Origin: an uncultured cyanobacterium
Lineage (GTDB): Bacteria > Cyanobacteriota > Cyanobacteriia > Cyanobacteriales > CAWUOF01
Length of the DNA: 64,000 nt
Direction: 5' to 3'
NCBI GenBank assembly: GCA_963744145.1
Contig: CAVUSO010000001.1
Location: 5,984,001-6,048,000, forward strand
Below, piece after piece: positions 51,303 through 62,661 of the stretch (positions are counted from its first letter, which is position 1; each line of letters opens with the position of its first letter). Below the pieces are notes generated by a model. The model was given only the letters and a program-made list of their open reading frames with translations, made no database searches and was not told where the DNA came from. Position numbers and translations under genes: made by a program.

Positions 51303-53087
51303 TTAAGGAACAAATGCTAATACACCAACCGGAGAACCCGAACCACCGGAGAGACGAAGAACTCCGATCGCTAAGGTAATTTCCTGAGTAGGTAGCTGAT
51401 CTAAATTAGTTAAATTTTCCAAAACAATACGAGGTTTTGCCAATACTAAACGATTGCTGATAAAAGTTAAATCTTGTCCTCCATCTATCCCATGAGTATC
51501 AATTCCTATCCCAGCGATTTGGCGTTCTTGGAGCAGAAATTCTGTGCTATAATTTTCTATCCCTGGAAAATGTAATCCCCCTAATTTATCCTGATTAAAG
51601 AATGTACTTTGATCAGTCCATTTATCTTGCCATCCGGTATAAATTAACACTAAACTTCCCCTAGGAATTAACCCATAATTCTGCTCCCAATTCATAATAT
51701 CAGCGATCGTAAGGAGATAATCAGGATTGGCGGCTGATTGCTGTCTAATATCAATGACGATCGCTGGTAAAATCAATGAATCGGCAGCATATTCTTCGAT
51801 TCCTATTCCTGTACTATGAAAACTTTTTGGTGCATTAATATGAGTAGCACTATGTTCTCCTATGGTAAATTGCTGCAAATAATAACCATCTTTTTCTAAT
51901 TTTGCTATCGTGGTAAATTCTACGGGTGGATCTCCTGCCCATTGGGGAATATTTGGGGTAATTATATGGCTTAAATGAATTACTTTTGAATAGCTAATCA
52001 TTTTTTGTTTGGGAGGAGAACAAGTTAATTTGGCTAAGGTAGCTGACATTACTTCTTTCGTTTGACCAGTAACAGTAAATACTAAAGCTTCTCGATAAAT
52101 ACGTTGAGCAGCGTGAGATTGAGAAAGAGCAGCACCACTAGAAACAGTAACAGCAGCATGAGCGCACCGGACGGCTAATTCAATTGTCCAAGCTCTCAAT
52201 TCTAGCTGGTCTGTCAATTTCATATTGGTGTTTTTTTGCGCTTGTCGAATTGCCTGTTTACAGCGAATATATTCATCTTTGAAAGATTGTACTGCTCCAT
52301 CAATAAAAGATAAAGATTTCTGAGTCGCTGTTATTTCTAAAATATTAATACTAGCTAAAATACATCCTAAAGTCAAAGCAGTTGATTGTAAAACTTTCCT
52401 TTGATCATTTTGATGAATCCACCCTATAGGTTGAATTGTAACTACTTCTTCTTGTGATAAAAACCAGTTGTTAAAAGTAGCAGTAACCGTATTAGTTGAG
52501 GTCATCGCAGCCAATAACATTGGCTCACTAAAGTTGAGTATTCCTCCTGAATTTTGAGTGGTTTGAGTAAATGGTACTAACCCAAATATCGCCTGACCAT
52601 CGGGTAAATATGCACCAACAATAAATTTATGAAATAAACCCCAACCGGTTAACCATGGCACAATTCCATCTAGATAATAACCTCCATCTACAGGTACAGC
52701 TTTTACAGCTACTTTTCCCTGATGTCGCAGTTGGGAAAAACCAATAGCTATCAATATTTCACCTTTATTCATGCGCGGCAAATATTCAGACTGAAGTGCA
52801 GAATTTGTGCTTTCTAGCAAAATATTCGCTGCACTCCGATGTTGGATTTGTAAGAAAGCTAAAGCTCCTGAGTATTTGGCTAATAATTCTGTAAAACTTT
52901 GCCAAGGATCATTAACACCTAAACCACCTAATGCTTCAGGAATTTGCACAGCTAATAAGCCTAATTTACCCAGTCCTTCCAGAGCAGATTTTAAGCTGTC
53001 TGAGTTAAGATCAATTTCATTCGCTAAGGGAGCCACCGATTTTTGTAGATAAGATTCGCAGATCTCTAATAAATGTGATATTGGCAT
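51303..53087 (-). CDS. Acyl-CoA-dehydrogenase-like domain fused to a cyclase (kynurenine formamidase-like) domain
   Basis: N-terminal ACAD fold (GGLG, PWLTG, AQRIYRE); C-terminal EHSATHINAP, GIDTHGID, LENL, GGSGSP. Confidence 0.82.
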   Translation of the reverse strand: MPISHLLEICESYLQKSVAPLANEIDLNSDSLKSALEGLGKLGLLAVQIPEALGGLGVNDPWQSFTELLAKYSGALAFLQIQHRSAANILLESTNSALQSEYLPRMNKGEILIAIGFSQLRHQGKVAVKAVPVDGGYYLDGIVPWLTGWGLFHKFIVGAYLPDGQAIFGLVPFTQTTQNSGGILNFSEPMLLAAMTSTNTVTATFNNWFLSQEEVVTIQPIGWIHQNDQRKVLQSTALTLGCILASINILEITATQKSLSFIDGAVQSFKDEYIRCKQAIRQAQKNTNMKLTDQLELRAWTIELAVRCAHAAVTVSSGAALSQSHAAQRIYREALVFTVTGQTKEVMSATLAKLTCSPPKQKMISYSKVIHLSHIITPNIPQWAGDPPVEFTTIAKLEKDGYYLQQFTIGEHSATHINAPKSFHSTGIGIEEYAADSLILPAIVIDIRQQSAANPDYLLTIADIMNWEQNYGLIPRGSLVLIYTGWQDKWTDQSTFFNQDKLGGLHFPGIENYSTEFLLQERQIAGIGIDTHGIDGGQDLTFISNRLVLAKPRIVLENLTNLDQLPTQEITLAIGVLRLSGGSGSPVGVLAFVP

Positions 53088-53409
53088 ATTTGCATACAGA
53101 ATACTTTACATAGATTATGATATACTTAATTTTGCCAATCATCCCGAAATTCAAATTATCAAAAACTGATCCTAATTCATAATGAAGGTATACTTCAATA
53201 CTTCGGTTAAATAAGAATTAGATATACTGAATTTATCTTTACCGATTAAATACTAAAATAGTTAGAATCAACTGAACAAGGATGATTAATTAAATTATGA
53301 ATCCGATCGCAAACTTGTGATTATATCAAATAATAGAGTAATTGTCTATAGGTAATCGTACTATAGTCGCTCCAATATTCAAAAATATCTAATCCAGGAG
53401 ACATAAGTT

Positions 53410-56400
53410 ATGACAATGATCAGCAATTTATCCGGTTACAAAATAACAGAGAAAATCTATCAGGGTACGCGCACTCTTGTCTATCGTGGTCTACGAAACA
53501 ATGATCAACAGCCTGTTGTGATCAAATTATTACGAAATAAATATCCCGACTTTCATGAACTCCTCCAGTTTCGCAATCAATATACAATTGGCAAAAATCT
53601 TCACTTTTCTAATATTATTCAGCATCTAACTTTAGAAATATATCACAATAACTATGCCTTAGTTATGGAAGACTTTGGTGGAGTTTCCCTATCTGCTTAT
53701 GTCCAGAACACAACCCCTCAAAGCCAAATTTATAAATCTTTATCCTTAGCCGAATTTCTGAACATTGCCATTCAAATTACCGATAGTCTTCACTATCTCT
53801 ACCAAAACCTGGTGATTCACAAAGATATCAACCCCACGAATATTCTGATTAACCCAGATACGAAACAAGTTAAATTAATTGACTTTAGTATTTCTTCCCT
53901 GCTGCCACGAGAAACTCAAGAAATCCAAAATCCCAATGTCTTAGAGGGAACATTAGCTTATATTTCTCCAGAACAAACTGGGAGAATGAATCGAGGGATT
54001 GACTATCGCAGTGACTTCTATTCTCTAGGAGTTACCTGCTATCAATTATTAACAGGAAAATTACCATTTAGCTCAGAAGATGCCATGGAATTGGTGCATT
54101 GTCATTTAGCTAAACACCCAATTCCCATTGATCAAATTAATTCAGAAATCCCCTTAAGCTTATCAGAAATAGTTAGCAAACTCATGGCAAAGAATGCAGA
54201 AGACCGTTATCAAACCGCCTTGGGAATCAAGCATGATTTAAAGATTTGTTTAGCACAATTGCAAACAACAGGTCAAATCGAAATATTTAAACTAGGAGAG
54301 CGAGAATCTTAGCGATCGCTTCCTGATCCCCGAAAAACTCTATGGTCGGGAGCCAGAAGTTAACCAACTATTAACAGCCTTTAAAAGAGTGAGTACGGTT
54401 AGTACAGAAATGATGTTAGTTGCAGGGTTCTCAGGGATTGGGAAAACTGCGGTGGTAAATGAGGTACATAAACCCATTGCTAGACAGCGAGGTTACTTCA
54501 TTAAAGGTAAATACGACCAGTTTCAACGTGATATTCCCTTTTCTGGTTTTGTGCAAGCTTTCCGAGATTTAATCGGACAATTGCTAGCAGAATCGGATAC
54601 TCAATTAGAAGTTTGGAAAACTCAGATTCTCACCGCATTGGGAGATAATGGACAAGTTTTGATTGAGGTGATTCCTGAATTAGAAAATATTATTGGTAAA
54701 CAGCCACTAGCTACAGAACTATCAGGAACTGCTGCTCAAAATCGCTTTAATCTCCTATTTCAAAAATTTGTGGAGGTTTTTACCACACCAGAGCATCCCT
54801 TAGTGATATTTTTGGATGATTTGCAGTGGGCTGATTCGGCATCGTTGAAACTATTGCAACTATTAATGCAGGATACAGGGAGTTTATTAGTGTTAGGTGC
54901 CTATCGAGATAATGAAGTTTCGAGCGTGCATCCATTTATATTGACAGTAGATGAAATTGTTAAAACTGGAGTAGTGGTTCATACAATTTACCTCCAACCT
55001 TTAGAGCTAAAGGATATGAATCAGTTAGTAGCAGATACCCTTAATTGTCAATCATCTCTCGCCCAACCTTTAACAGAATTGATGTATAGAAAAACCAAGG
55101 GCAATCCATTTTTTGCAACGCGATTTCTTAAGGTACTCCATGAAGATGGGCAAATTACTTTTAATTCGGATATTTGTCATTGGCAGTGTGATATTGCCAA
55201 AGTTCAAGCTTTGACTATTACAGATGATATTGTACAGTTTATGGCACTTCAACTACAGAAGTTACCCCAAGAAACTCAGAATGTTCTTAAACTAGCTGCT
55301 TGTATTGGGGCACAGTTTGATTTGCAGACTTTGGCAATCATCAGCGAAAGTTCATTAGAGATGACAGCTACAGCATTGTGGATCGCTCTCCAAGAGGGTT
55401 TAATTGTTCCGAATACGGAAAACTATAAATTCTTTATCGAATCCGATCGGGGGTTGACTGGTGATTTAGTAGCTAATGCAGCTTATCGATTTTTGCACGA
55501 TCGCATTCAACAAGCCGCCTACTTACTAATTCCGCTAGACCAGAAACAGCTGACTCATAATCGAATTGGAAACTTGCTCCTCGATAATTTATCACAGGTA
55601 GATCAAGGACAGCTTTTTTTTGAAATTGTCGGTCATCTTAATATTGGCAGTTCCTTCCTGGTTGACCCATCTAAACGTGAAGAACTAGCCCAGTTAAATT
55701 TAACCGCAGGAAATAAAGCTAGAAACTCTACCGCTTATGAATCTGCTGCTAATTACTTTGCTAATGGTATTAATTTATTAGCTCCAGATTATTGGAAAAA
55801 ACAGTATCAACTAGCACTGAAATTATTTCTAGGAAGGGCAGAAGTTGAAACTATTGTGGGTCATTTTGAATCAGCATCTAATTTAATTGAAACAACTCTG
55901 AAGGAAACAGATAACTTACTCGATCAATGTGCAGCTTATGAGCTAAAGATCCGGATGAATATTCTCTGTGGAGAACATGAGACAGCAATCGATATAGCCT
56001 TAGTTGCGCTCAACCTATTAGATATTACCCTAGAATCCGAACCTCCTATCAGTATTGATTTCGATCAACTATTGAACCTACCGGATATCGGTGATCCTAC
56101 CAAGCTCAAAGGAATAGAAATTCTAGCTTCGGTCCTTGGTGCTGCCTATCAGGCCCAACCCGAACTAATGTTGCCTATAACCATTACCATGCTTAAACTA
56201 TGTATTCAGTATGGCAATTCGCCAATTGCTGCCACGGTCTATGCTTTCTATGGTTTCTTGCTTTGTGGGTTTATGGGCAATATTGAATTGGGTTACCAAT
56301 TTGGTCTGCTTTCTCTCAAAATCCTTGATAAATACAATGCTCATTGCTTCAAAAGTAATGTATATCATCACTTCTATGCACATATATGTGCTTGGAAAGA

Positions 56401-58753
56401 GCCAGTTTCCGCTACTATTGATGGTTTGCTAGAGGCTGTTCAAAGCGGATTAGAAACCGGAGATATAGAGTATGCTATGTACACCTTAAAAGATTACTGT
56501 AATTATTATTTTCTCACGGGTGCATTTCTTGATGATGTAGATGCAATATACGAAAAATATAAAAATCTAAGCCGCAGCATGGAGGTAGTATATCATGATC
56601 TGGTAATCTGGCAACAAATAGGGTTAAACCTAAAGAATTTCCATGAGAGAGATATCTTGATTAGCCTGCCAAATCTTAGTGATAAAGATACCTTTCAGTA
56701 CCTGCAAGAAAAACACCACAATATGGCTTTGTTTGGTGCTTACTTTGGTAAATGTCAGCTTTATTACTTTAAAGGTGATTATGCAGAAGCTGTTGAAAAT
56801 GGTAACAATGCTAACAATTATATCAACTTTGTAGTTGGTAAAATATATCCTACGTTTAATAATTTTTATTTATCTCTGGCATTATTAGGACTTGCCCAAA
56901 CGTTAGAACCAGAGCAGCGATTGGTAGCTCTCAATCAAGTTGAAGAGAATCAAGCTCAATTACAAAGATGGGCTAATCATGCCCCAAGTAATTTTCTACA
57001 CAAATTTTATTTAGTCAAAGCTGAGATTTGCCGAGTTCTGGGAGATAAAAGCGAAGCGATCGACTTCTATGATCTGGCAATTTCAGGAGCCAAAGAAAAC
57101 AGCTATATCCAAGAAGAAGCATTAGCTAATGAACTTGCTGCTAAATTCTACCTCAACTGGGGTAAAGAAAAAGTTGCCGCAGGTTATATGCAAGAAGCAT
57201 ACTATTGTTATGCTTCCTGGGGGGCTAAAGCCAAAGCTATTGATTTAGAAAAACGTTATCCCCAACTCCTTGCACCGATTCTACAACAACCTGACGCTAC
57301 TGACTTTTTCAAGAAAACATTTGCCTTCGGAAAGATTACTTCTCAACAAACCTCTACCAGTGTCAGTGAAGCACTAGACTTGGCAACTTTACTGAAAGCA
57401 TCTCAAGCAATTTCTGAAGAAATTGAACTCAATAAACTTCTGATTACCTTATTGAAAATCGTCATTGTCAATGCTGGGGCGAGTAAATGTGTTTTGCTCC
57501 TTAAACAAGATAGTTCGTTAAAAGTGGTAGCTCTGGTAGCCGAGACACAGTCACCGCAACTATTACCATCAATTCCCCTAGAATCAAGTCTAGATGTGCC
57601 AATTAGTTTGGTGAATAAGGTTAAACGAAATTTGGCACCTGTGTTATTAGCAGATGCGCGGATAAATTCTCAGTTTACGGCTGATAGTTACATCCAAAAA
57701 AAACAGCCTAAAAGCGTTTTTTGCAGCCCAATTTTGTATCAAGGACAATTAATTGGAGTTTTATATCTAGAAAATAATCTGATTGTGGATGCTTTTACAA
57801 GCGATCGCGTGGAAGTTCTGAATTTAATTTGCGCTCAAGCTGCTATTTCCTTAGAAAATGCTCGTCTGTATCAACAGTCTCAAAAGAAGACTCAAGAACT
57901 TGAACAAGCTCTCCAAGAACTCCAAAAGACCCAAATTCAATTGATTCAAGGAGAAAAAATGTCGGCATTAGGAAATTTAGTAGCGGGGGTTGCCCACGAA
58001 ATCAATAATCCCCTAGGTTTCCTTGGCGGTAATATTCAACCTGCCTTAGATTATATCAATAGTCTTTTTGGATTGCTCGATCTATTTCAAGCGAAATATC
58101 CTCAATTACATCCAGAAATTCAAGCCGAAATGGAAAATATCGATCTTAATTACATTCGGGAAGATTTACCAAAATTAGTTAGCTCGATGCGGGAAGGAGT
58201 GAACCGAATTAAAGAGATCAGCACTAGCTTAAGAACCTTCTCTCGTGGGGATACTAACCATCCGGTTGCCTGCAATATTCACGATGGGATTGATAGTACC
58301 ATTATGATCCTGAAACATCGCCTGAAGGCTAAGGAGAATCGCCCCGAAATCAAAGTGGTTAAAGACTATGGAAATTTACCTCAAATCAAATGTTATGTTG
58401 GACAGTTAAATCAGGTATTTATGAATTTACTCAGTAATGCTATTGATGCCCTAGAAGACTCAAATCAAGGGCATAAATATGCAGAAATTGCCAATCAAAT
58501 CACTGTAAAAACCGAGTTATCAACCGAACAAAAACAGGTAATAGTTAGGATTCAAGATAATGGAATTGGGATGAATGTCGAGGTACAGTCCCAGATTTTT
58601 GAGCATTTATTTACAACCAAAGAAGTCGGAAAAGGGACAGGATTGGGATTGGCGATCGCGCGGCAAATTATCGTCGAAAAACATCAAGGTAGCATTAGTG
58701 TTAATTCAGAAATTGGTGTAGGGACAGAATTTATAATATCCCTGCCCATTTAA
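53410..58753 (+). pseudogene. HstK-type Ser/Thr kinase - AAA ATPase - GAF - histidine kinase, split by a +1 frameshift at ~54305
   Basis: Kinase ORF 53410..54312 and ORF 54389..58753 (GFSGIGKT, LDDLQWAD, AHEINNP); deleting one A from CGAGAATCTT gives the typical GERDLSDRFLIPEKLYGRE. Confidence 0.85.
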
Positions 58754-58796
58754 TAGTAAATAACCTGCATCTACATAGAAGATACTGCAATCCGGT

Positions 58797-59175
58797 GTAG
58801 GGGCAAAGCATTTCGGCGCATAAATGATAGCTTAAGTGAAGAATAATATTACCGAAATGCTTTGCCCTTGTCATCTATGCAGCCAACAGATCAACTATAT
58901 ATTAAAATCCATTCAGTTAAGATTTTTGGGGATATCTCGGCTTTAAAAGGGTGAAGCATTCGGATCTAAATTAACGGACCTTCGACTTCCAATACGGTTC
59001 GTTTAAGGATATTTTGGGAGATATCGACGCAGAAGAAGGGTGAAGCATTCGGGTCTAATGCTACTCCCCTTCGACTACGCCCTTCGGCTACGCTCAGGGT
59101 AAACTCAGGGTAAAACTTCAGTGTTTAATTGTCGCCCGAATGCTTCACCCCTACAGTTAACTGAACCGGATTGGA
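58797..59175. repeat. Cluster of REP-like palindromes, MITE-like ends and nested small repeats
   Basis: GTAGGGGCAAAGCATTTCGG..CCGAAATGCTTTGCCC; GGGTGAAGCATTCGG..CGAATGCTTCACCCC; CAATACGGTTCGTTTAA / TTAACTGAACCGGATTG ends. Confidence 0.75.
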
Positions 59176-59217
59176 ATATACTGCATCTTATCCCAATTTA
59201 ATATGAAGCAATAATCA

Positions 59218-60735
59218 ATGTCAATCCATCATTATCCCGATCGCCCATTAGGAAAAATCGTCATCATTGGAGCTGGAATTGGTGGTTTAACCGCAGGAGC
59301 ACTATTAGCACATCGGGGTTATAGCGTTTTAATTTTAGATCAAGCTTTAGTTCCGGGAGGATGCGCTTCAACTTTTACGAGAAAAGGATTTACCTTTGAT
59401 GTGGGTGCTACTCAAGTTGCTGGATTAGAACCAGGTGGAATTCATCATCGAATTTTTTCAGAGTTAGACATTATACCACCATTAGCAACAATTTGTAATC
59501 CAGCTTGTGCTGTATATTTACCTGGTGAAACTAAACCAATTAATGTTTGGCATCATCCCCAACAATGGCAAATAGAAAGACAGCAACAGTTTCCTGGGAG
59601 TGAACCTTTTTGGGAATTACTAGGAAAATTATTTACAGCAAGTTGGCAGTTTCAAAGTCGCGATCCGATCTTACCACCTCGAAATTTATGGGATTTAGAG
59701 CAATTAATTAAAGCGGTACGTCCGGATACTTTAATTACCTTACCCTTTACTTTTTTAACTGTTGGTGATACTTTACGAGGTTATGGATTAAATCAAGATT
59801 TACGATTAAAGACTTTTTTAGATTTACAATTAAAACTGTATTCCCAAGTAAATGCAGATGAGACCGCGTTACTTTATGCAGCAACAGCTTTGGGAATTTC
59901 CCAAGCACCCCAGGGATTATACCATCTTCAGGGTAGTATGCAGGTATTGAGCGATCGCTTAAGAACTAGCTTAGAGCGAGATGGGGGAAAACTCCTGATG
60001 CGTCATACCGTAGAAAGGATTCAAACTAAGAATGGTAAAGCGACAGGTGTAGTAATTCGCAATCAAAAAACTGATGAAATTTGGACAGAATCAGCCGACC
60101 ATATTATTGCTAACGTCACTGTCCAAAATTTGGTGAAATTATTAGGAGAACAAACACCAAGCGGTTATCGAAAACGGGTAGAACAATTACCATCAGCATC
60201 AGGATCTTTTGTCCTATATTTAGGAGTTGATCACCAAGCAATTCCTCCTGACTGTCCACCACATTTGCAATTTCTTTATGATTACGATCGCGAAATTGGC
60301 GAAAATAACTCTTTATTTGTTTCTGTCAGTCATCCGGTCGATGGTCGCGCTCCAGCAGGAAAAGCAACTATTACCGCATCTTCCTTTACCGATGTGAAAA
60401 AATGGTGGGATGGGATAGATTATCAAGAGATGAAACGTCAATATACCAAGGATGCGATCGCTAGACTTGGACAATATTTTGATCTCAAACCAGAGAACAT
60501 TGTTTATACTGAAGCTGCTACACCACGGACTTATGCTCATTTTACCGGTCGGGATTTGGGTGTGGTCGGGGGGATTGGTCAACGAGTATCCACCTTTGGA
60601 CCATTTGGTTTTGCGAATCGTACTCCAGTTAAATCTTTATGGTTAGTGGGTGACTCAACCCATCCGGGGGAAGGGACCGCAGGGGTGAGCTATTCTGCTT
60701 TGACTGTAGTTCGACAAATTGGTGCAGATTTTTAA
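59218..60735 (+). CDS. crtD: C-3',4' carotenoid desaturase
   Basis: GAGIGGL, FDVGATQVAGLEPGGIH, GDSTHPGEGTAGVSYSA, as in cyanobacterial CrtD. Confidence 0.85.
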   Translation: MSIHHYPDRPLGKIVIIGAGIGGLTAGALLAHRGYSVLILDQALVPGGCASTFTRKGFTFDVGATQVAGLEPGGIHHRIFSELDIIPPLATICNPACAVYLPGETKPINVWHHPQQWQIERQQQFPGSEPFWELLGKLFTASWQFQSRDPILPPRNLWDLEQLIKAVRPDTLITLPFTFLTVGDTLRGYGLNQDLRLKTFLDLQLKLYSQVNADETALLYAATALGISQAPQGLYHLQGSMQVLSDRLRTSLERDGGKLLMRHTVERIQTKNGKATGVVIRNQKTDEIWTESADHIIANVTVQNLVKLLGEQTPSGYRKRVEQLPSASGSFVLYLGVDHQAIPPDCPPHLQFLYDYDREIGENNSLFVSVSHPVDGRAPAGKATITASSFTDVKKWWDGIDYQEMKRQYTKDAIARLGQYFDLKPENIVYTEAATPRTYAHFTGRDLGVVGGIGQRVSTFGPFGFANRTPVKSLWLVGDSTHPGEGTAGVSYSALTVVRQIGADF

Positions 60736-60798
60736 CAATTTTAGTGTAAGTTTTGAAAGGGAATTCCCTCATAACTCACCACCACTTCGCACCCGAAT

Positions 60799-62625
60799 TT
60801 GACCATGACCCCATCCCTAACTAGCCCGATCATTGAAGTTATTGTTCAGCAGTATCAAAAAGATGGTGCTAATGAATCAGTTGTGACCTTAGTCCGTCAA
60901 ATTCGGAGACAACTAGCAGAATTTTGGTTAGCAACACCCGATGAAATTTTGTCAACCACCTATTTAGAGGATGTGGGTAAAGCTCATCACATATTAGCCA
61001 ATAGTGGCATTAAAGACGAACCATTAACTGAAAGTGAAAAAGCTTTTGTCCAGGATTTAATTGCCCATATTTCCCAAGGATTTAGTGCTACCAATGCACT
61101 TCAATATTTGCTAGCAGGTTGGCTATATTGTCGGGCAGATCAACTCCCATTGCAATATCAAGGAGCAGGAATTCCCAAATGGTTAATTGATGATTTATTA
61201 AGATTCATGATCCAATGGCCTGCTTATTTTCAAGAGTTAGGAGAAGTGGAGAAATATTATCTCTATATGAAAAAATTAGTAGATTTTCTCCATGATAATA
61301 TTTTTCGTAATTTTAATTCGCGAAATTGGCAAGAAATTGCTTTAACTTTTAGTAATAATGTGAATTTTGTGCCGCTTTATTTTAGCACGCAAAATTTAAA
61401 AGATATCTATACTAAACGTTCTGATATCATGGAATTTGCCTTAAGAGGTGTAGGTAATAAAATCGATTATTCTTTTCCGGAACGACCTCAAGATAGAAAA
61501 AAGATTCGGTTAGGGATTCTCAAAATTACTTATGCTCCTGGTCCAGAGACTTTTGCCGCTATTTCCGTATTTGAATATTTAGATCGAAATAAATTTGAAA
61601 TCATTTTATATATTCTTAATCCCACCAACTATCCCCTGGAAAAATATGCTTATAGTTGTGCCGATCGGGTGGTTATTTTAAAAAATAAAGACCTACCTGA
61701 ACAAGTCCAAATGATTCGGAACGATAATGTGGATATTTTATTTATTGGTTCAATTTTGAGTAATGCAATTCATCGAATTTTGTTAATATCCCTACATCGA
61801 TTAGCAAGAGTTCAGTTAACTTTTTTTGCTTCTCCAGTCACCACAGGAATCAGAAATATTGATTATTTTATTTCGGGAAAGTTATCGGAACCATTAGAAA
61901 ATTACGCTGACCATTATCGAGAAAAATTAATCAATTTAGATGGGACAGGTTTTTGTTTTTCTTATCCAATTACCCATCCACCGACAGTGATACCTACTCG
62001 TCACAGCTTGGGTATACCCGAAGACTCAGTTATGTTTATTTCGGGTGCAAATCTTTATAAGATCATCCCCGAAGTTCGAGAAACTTGGGCAAAAATCATC
62101 GCTACAGTTCCCAATTCAGTTTTGGTATTACTTCCTTTTGGTCCGAGTTGGAGTAACTCTTATCCAGAAATACCCTTTACTCAGAAAATGCAGGAAATTT
62201 TTCATAAATACGGTATTGCTAGTAGTCAGTTATTCATCTTAAAATCTTTACCAAGTCGGGTAGAATTAAAAGAACTGTTTAAACAAGGTGATGTGTATTT
62301 GAATGCTTATCCTTATGGAGGGTCAACTTCCATTATCGATCCCCTAGAAGTGGGATTACCAACTGTAGTTCAGGATGGTAATTCTTTGCGATCGCGTATG
62401 GGTGCAGCATTATTACGAGATTTAAAAATAGAGGAATTAATTGCAGATACTGAGGAGGAATATATTCAGTTAAGTATATCACTAGGGAAAGATCGGGGAT
62501 TACGTCAACATTATCGAGAAATAATTTTGCAGAAGATGCAGAATAAACCTAGATTTTTGGATAGTCAATATTATTCTGGACAGATGGGAGAAGTCTTGGA
62601 ACAGTTGTTTCTAAGACATAGTTAA
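60799..62625 (+). CDS. GT41-family (SPINDLY / HMW1C-like) glycosyltransferase
   Basis: KIRLGI, RLARVQ, SPVTTG..IDYFIS, YPYGGSTS..DPLEVGLP. Confidence 0.82.
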   Translation: MTMTPSLTSPIIEVIVQQYQKDGANESVVTLVRQIRRQLAEFWLATPDEILSTTYLEDVGKAHHILANSGIKDEPLTESEKAFVQDLIAHISQGFSATNALQYLLAGWLYCRADQLPLQYQGAGIPKWLIDDLLRFMIQWPAYFQELGEVEKYYLYMKKLVDFLHDNIFRNFNSRNWQEIALTFSNNVNFVPLYFSTQNLKDIYTKRSDIMEFALRGVGNKIDYSFPERPQDRKKIRLGILKITYAPGPETFAAISVFEYLDRNKFEIILYILNPTNYPLEKYAYSCADRVVILKNKDLPEQVQMIRNDNVDILFIGSILSNAIHRILLISLHRLARVQLTFFASPVTTGIRNIDYFISGKLSEPLENYADHYREKLINLDGTGFCFSYPITHPPTVIPTRHSLGIPEDSVMFISGANLYKIIPEVRETWAKIIATVPNSVLVLLPFGPSWSNSYPEIPFTQKMQEIFHKYGIASSQLFILKSLPSRVELKELFKQGDVYLNAYPYGGSTSIIDPLEVGLPTVVQDGNSLRSRMGAALLRDLKIEELIADTEEEYIQLSISLGKDRGLRQHYREIILQKMQNKPRFLDSQYYSGQMGEVLEQLFLRHS

Positions 62626-62661
62626 GGTGGTGAGAAAAATAGAGGAAAAATTGGAGAGAAT

